Shown: positions 63,779 to 64,000 of the stretch, piece after piece
Position numbering within the stretch: the first letter of the stretch is position 1
How the letters are laid out: the number at the start of each line of letters is the position of its first letter
NCBI RefSeq assembly: GCF_006345805.1
Contig: NC_043002.1
Span: forward strand, 93,062,001 to 93,126,000
DNA: 64,000 nt
Direction: 5' to 3'
DNA from: Octopus sinensis
Taxonomy: Eukaryota
Translations under genes and position numbers: made by a program
The notes under the pieces: model-generated
What the model saw: only the letters and a program-made list of their open reading frames with translations
Database searches by the model: none
Told to the model about the DNA's origin: nothing

Positions 63779-64000
63779 ACACACACACATATTGTTGGGC
63801 TTCCACTAAGTTCCCATCTACTAAATTCCACTCACAAGGCATTGGTCAACTCAAAGATATAAAGATGCATTGGTTTTGAACCAGGAACCACAGTTGCAAA
63901 GTGAACATCTTAACTACATTGATATATCTACACGAATGATTGTTTTGTTTTTGAATTGAATTTATAAAGTTTCATCATAGAATTGTATGACAGACATGAT

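Overview
AT-rich, repeat-dense animal genomic DNA. The SINE/LINE repertoire and microsatellite style point to an octopus (coleoid cephalopod); this is inferred from sequence style only. One host coding exon is recognisable: the first coding exon of phosphorylase kinase gamma (PHKG, minus strand, 14823-14917), with a phase-2 intron at the position conserved in vertebrate PHKG1/2. No further PHKG exon was found, so the next intron is probably over 14.8 kb. A candidate first coding exon of an unidentified gene lies on the plus strand at 58047-58170, and promoter-like, TE-poor islands occur near 33.1, 36.1-37.4 and 57.5-58.1 kb. The rest is mostly mobile-element sequence: several tRNA-headed SINE families, CR1-group and RTE LINE fragments, three mariner lineages, TTAA (piggyBac-type) MITEs, a non-autonomous Helitron-like family, a GG-ended MITE with 8-bp TSDs (Merlin-like) and a probable solo LTR. 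The most unusual signals are local templated inverted duplications with microhomology junctions, many long fold-back hairpins, modular head/tail swapping between SINEs and partner LINEs visible inside the window, and a CRISPR-looking tandem hairpin array in an RTE 3' UTR. No prokaryotic-type system and no intact autonomous element was found. Family labels SINE-A, SINE-B, MITE-A and MITE-B are my own working names.
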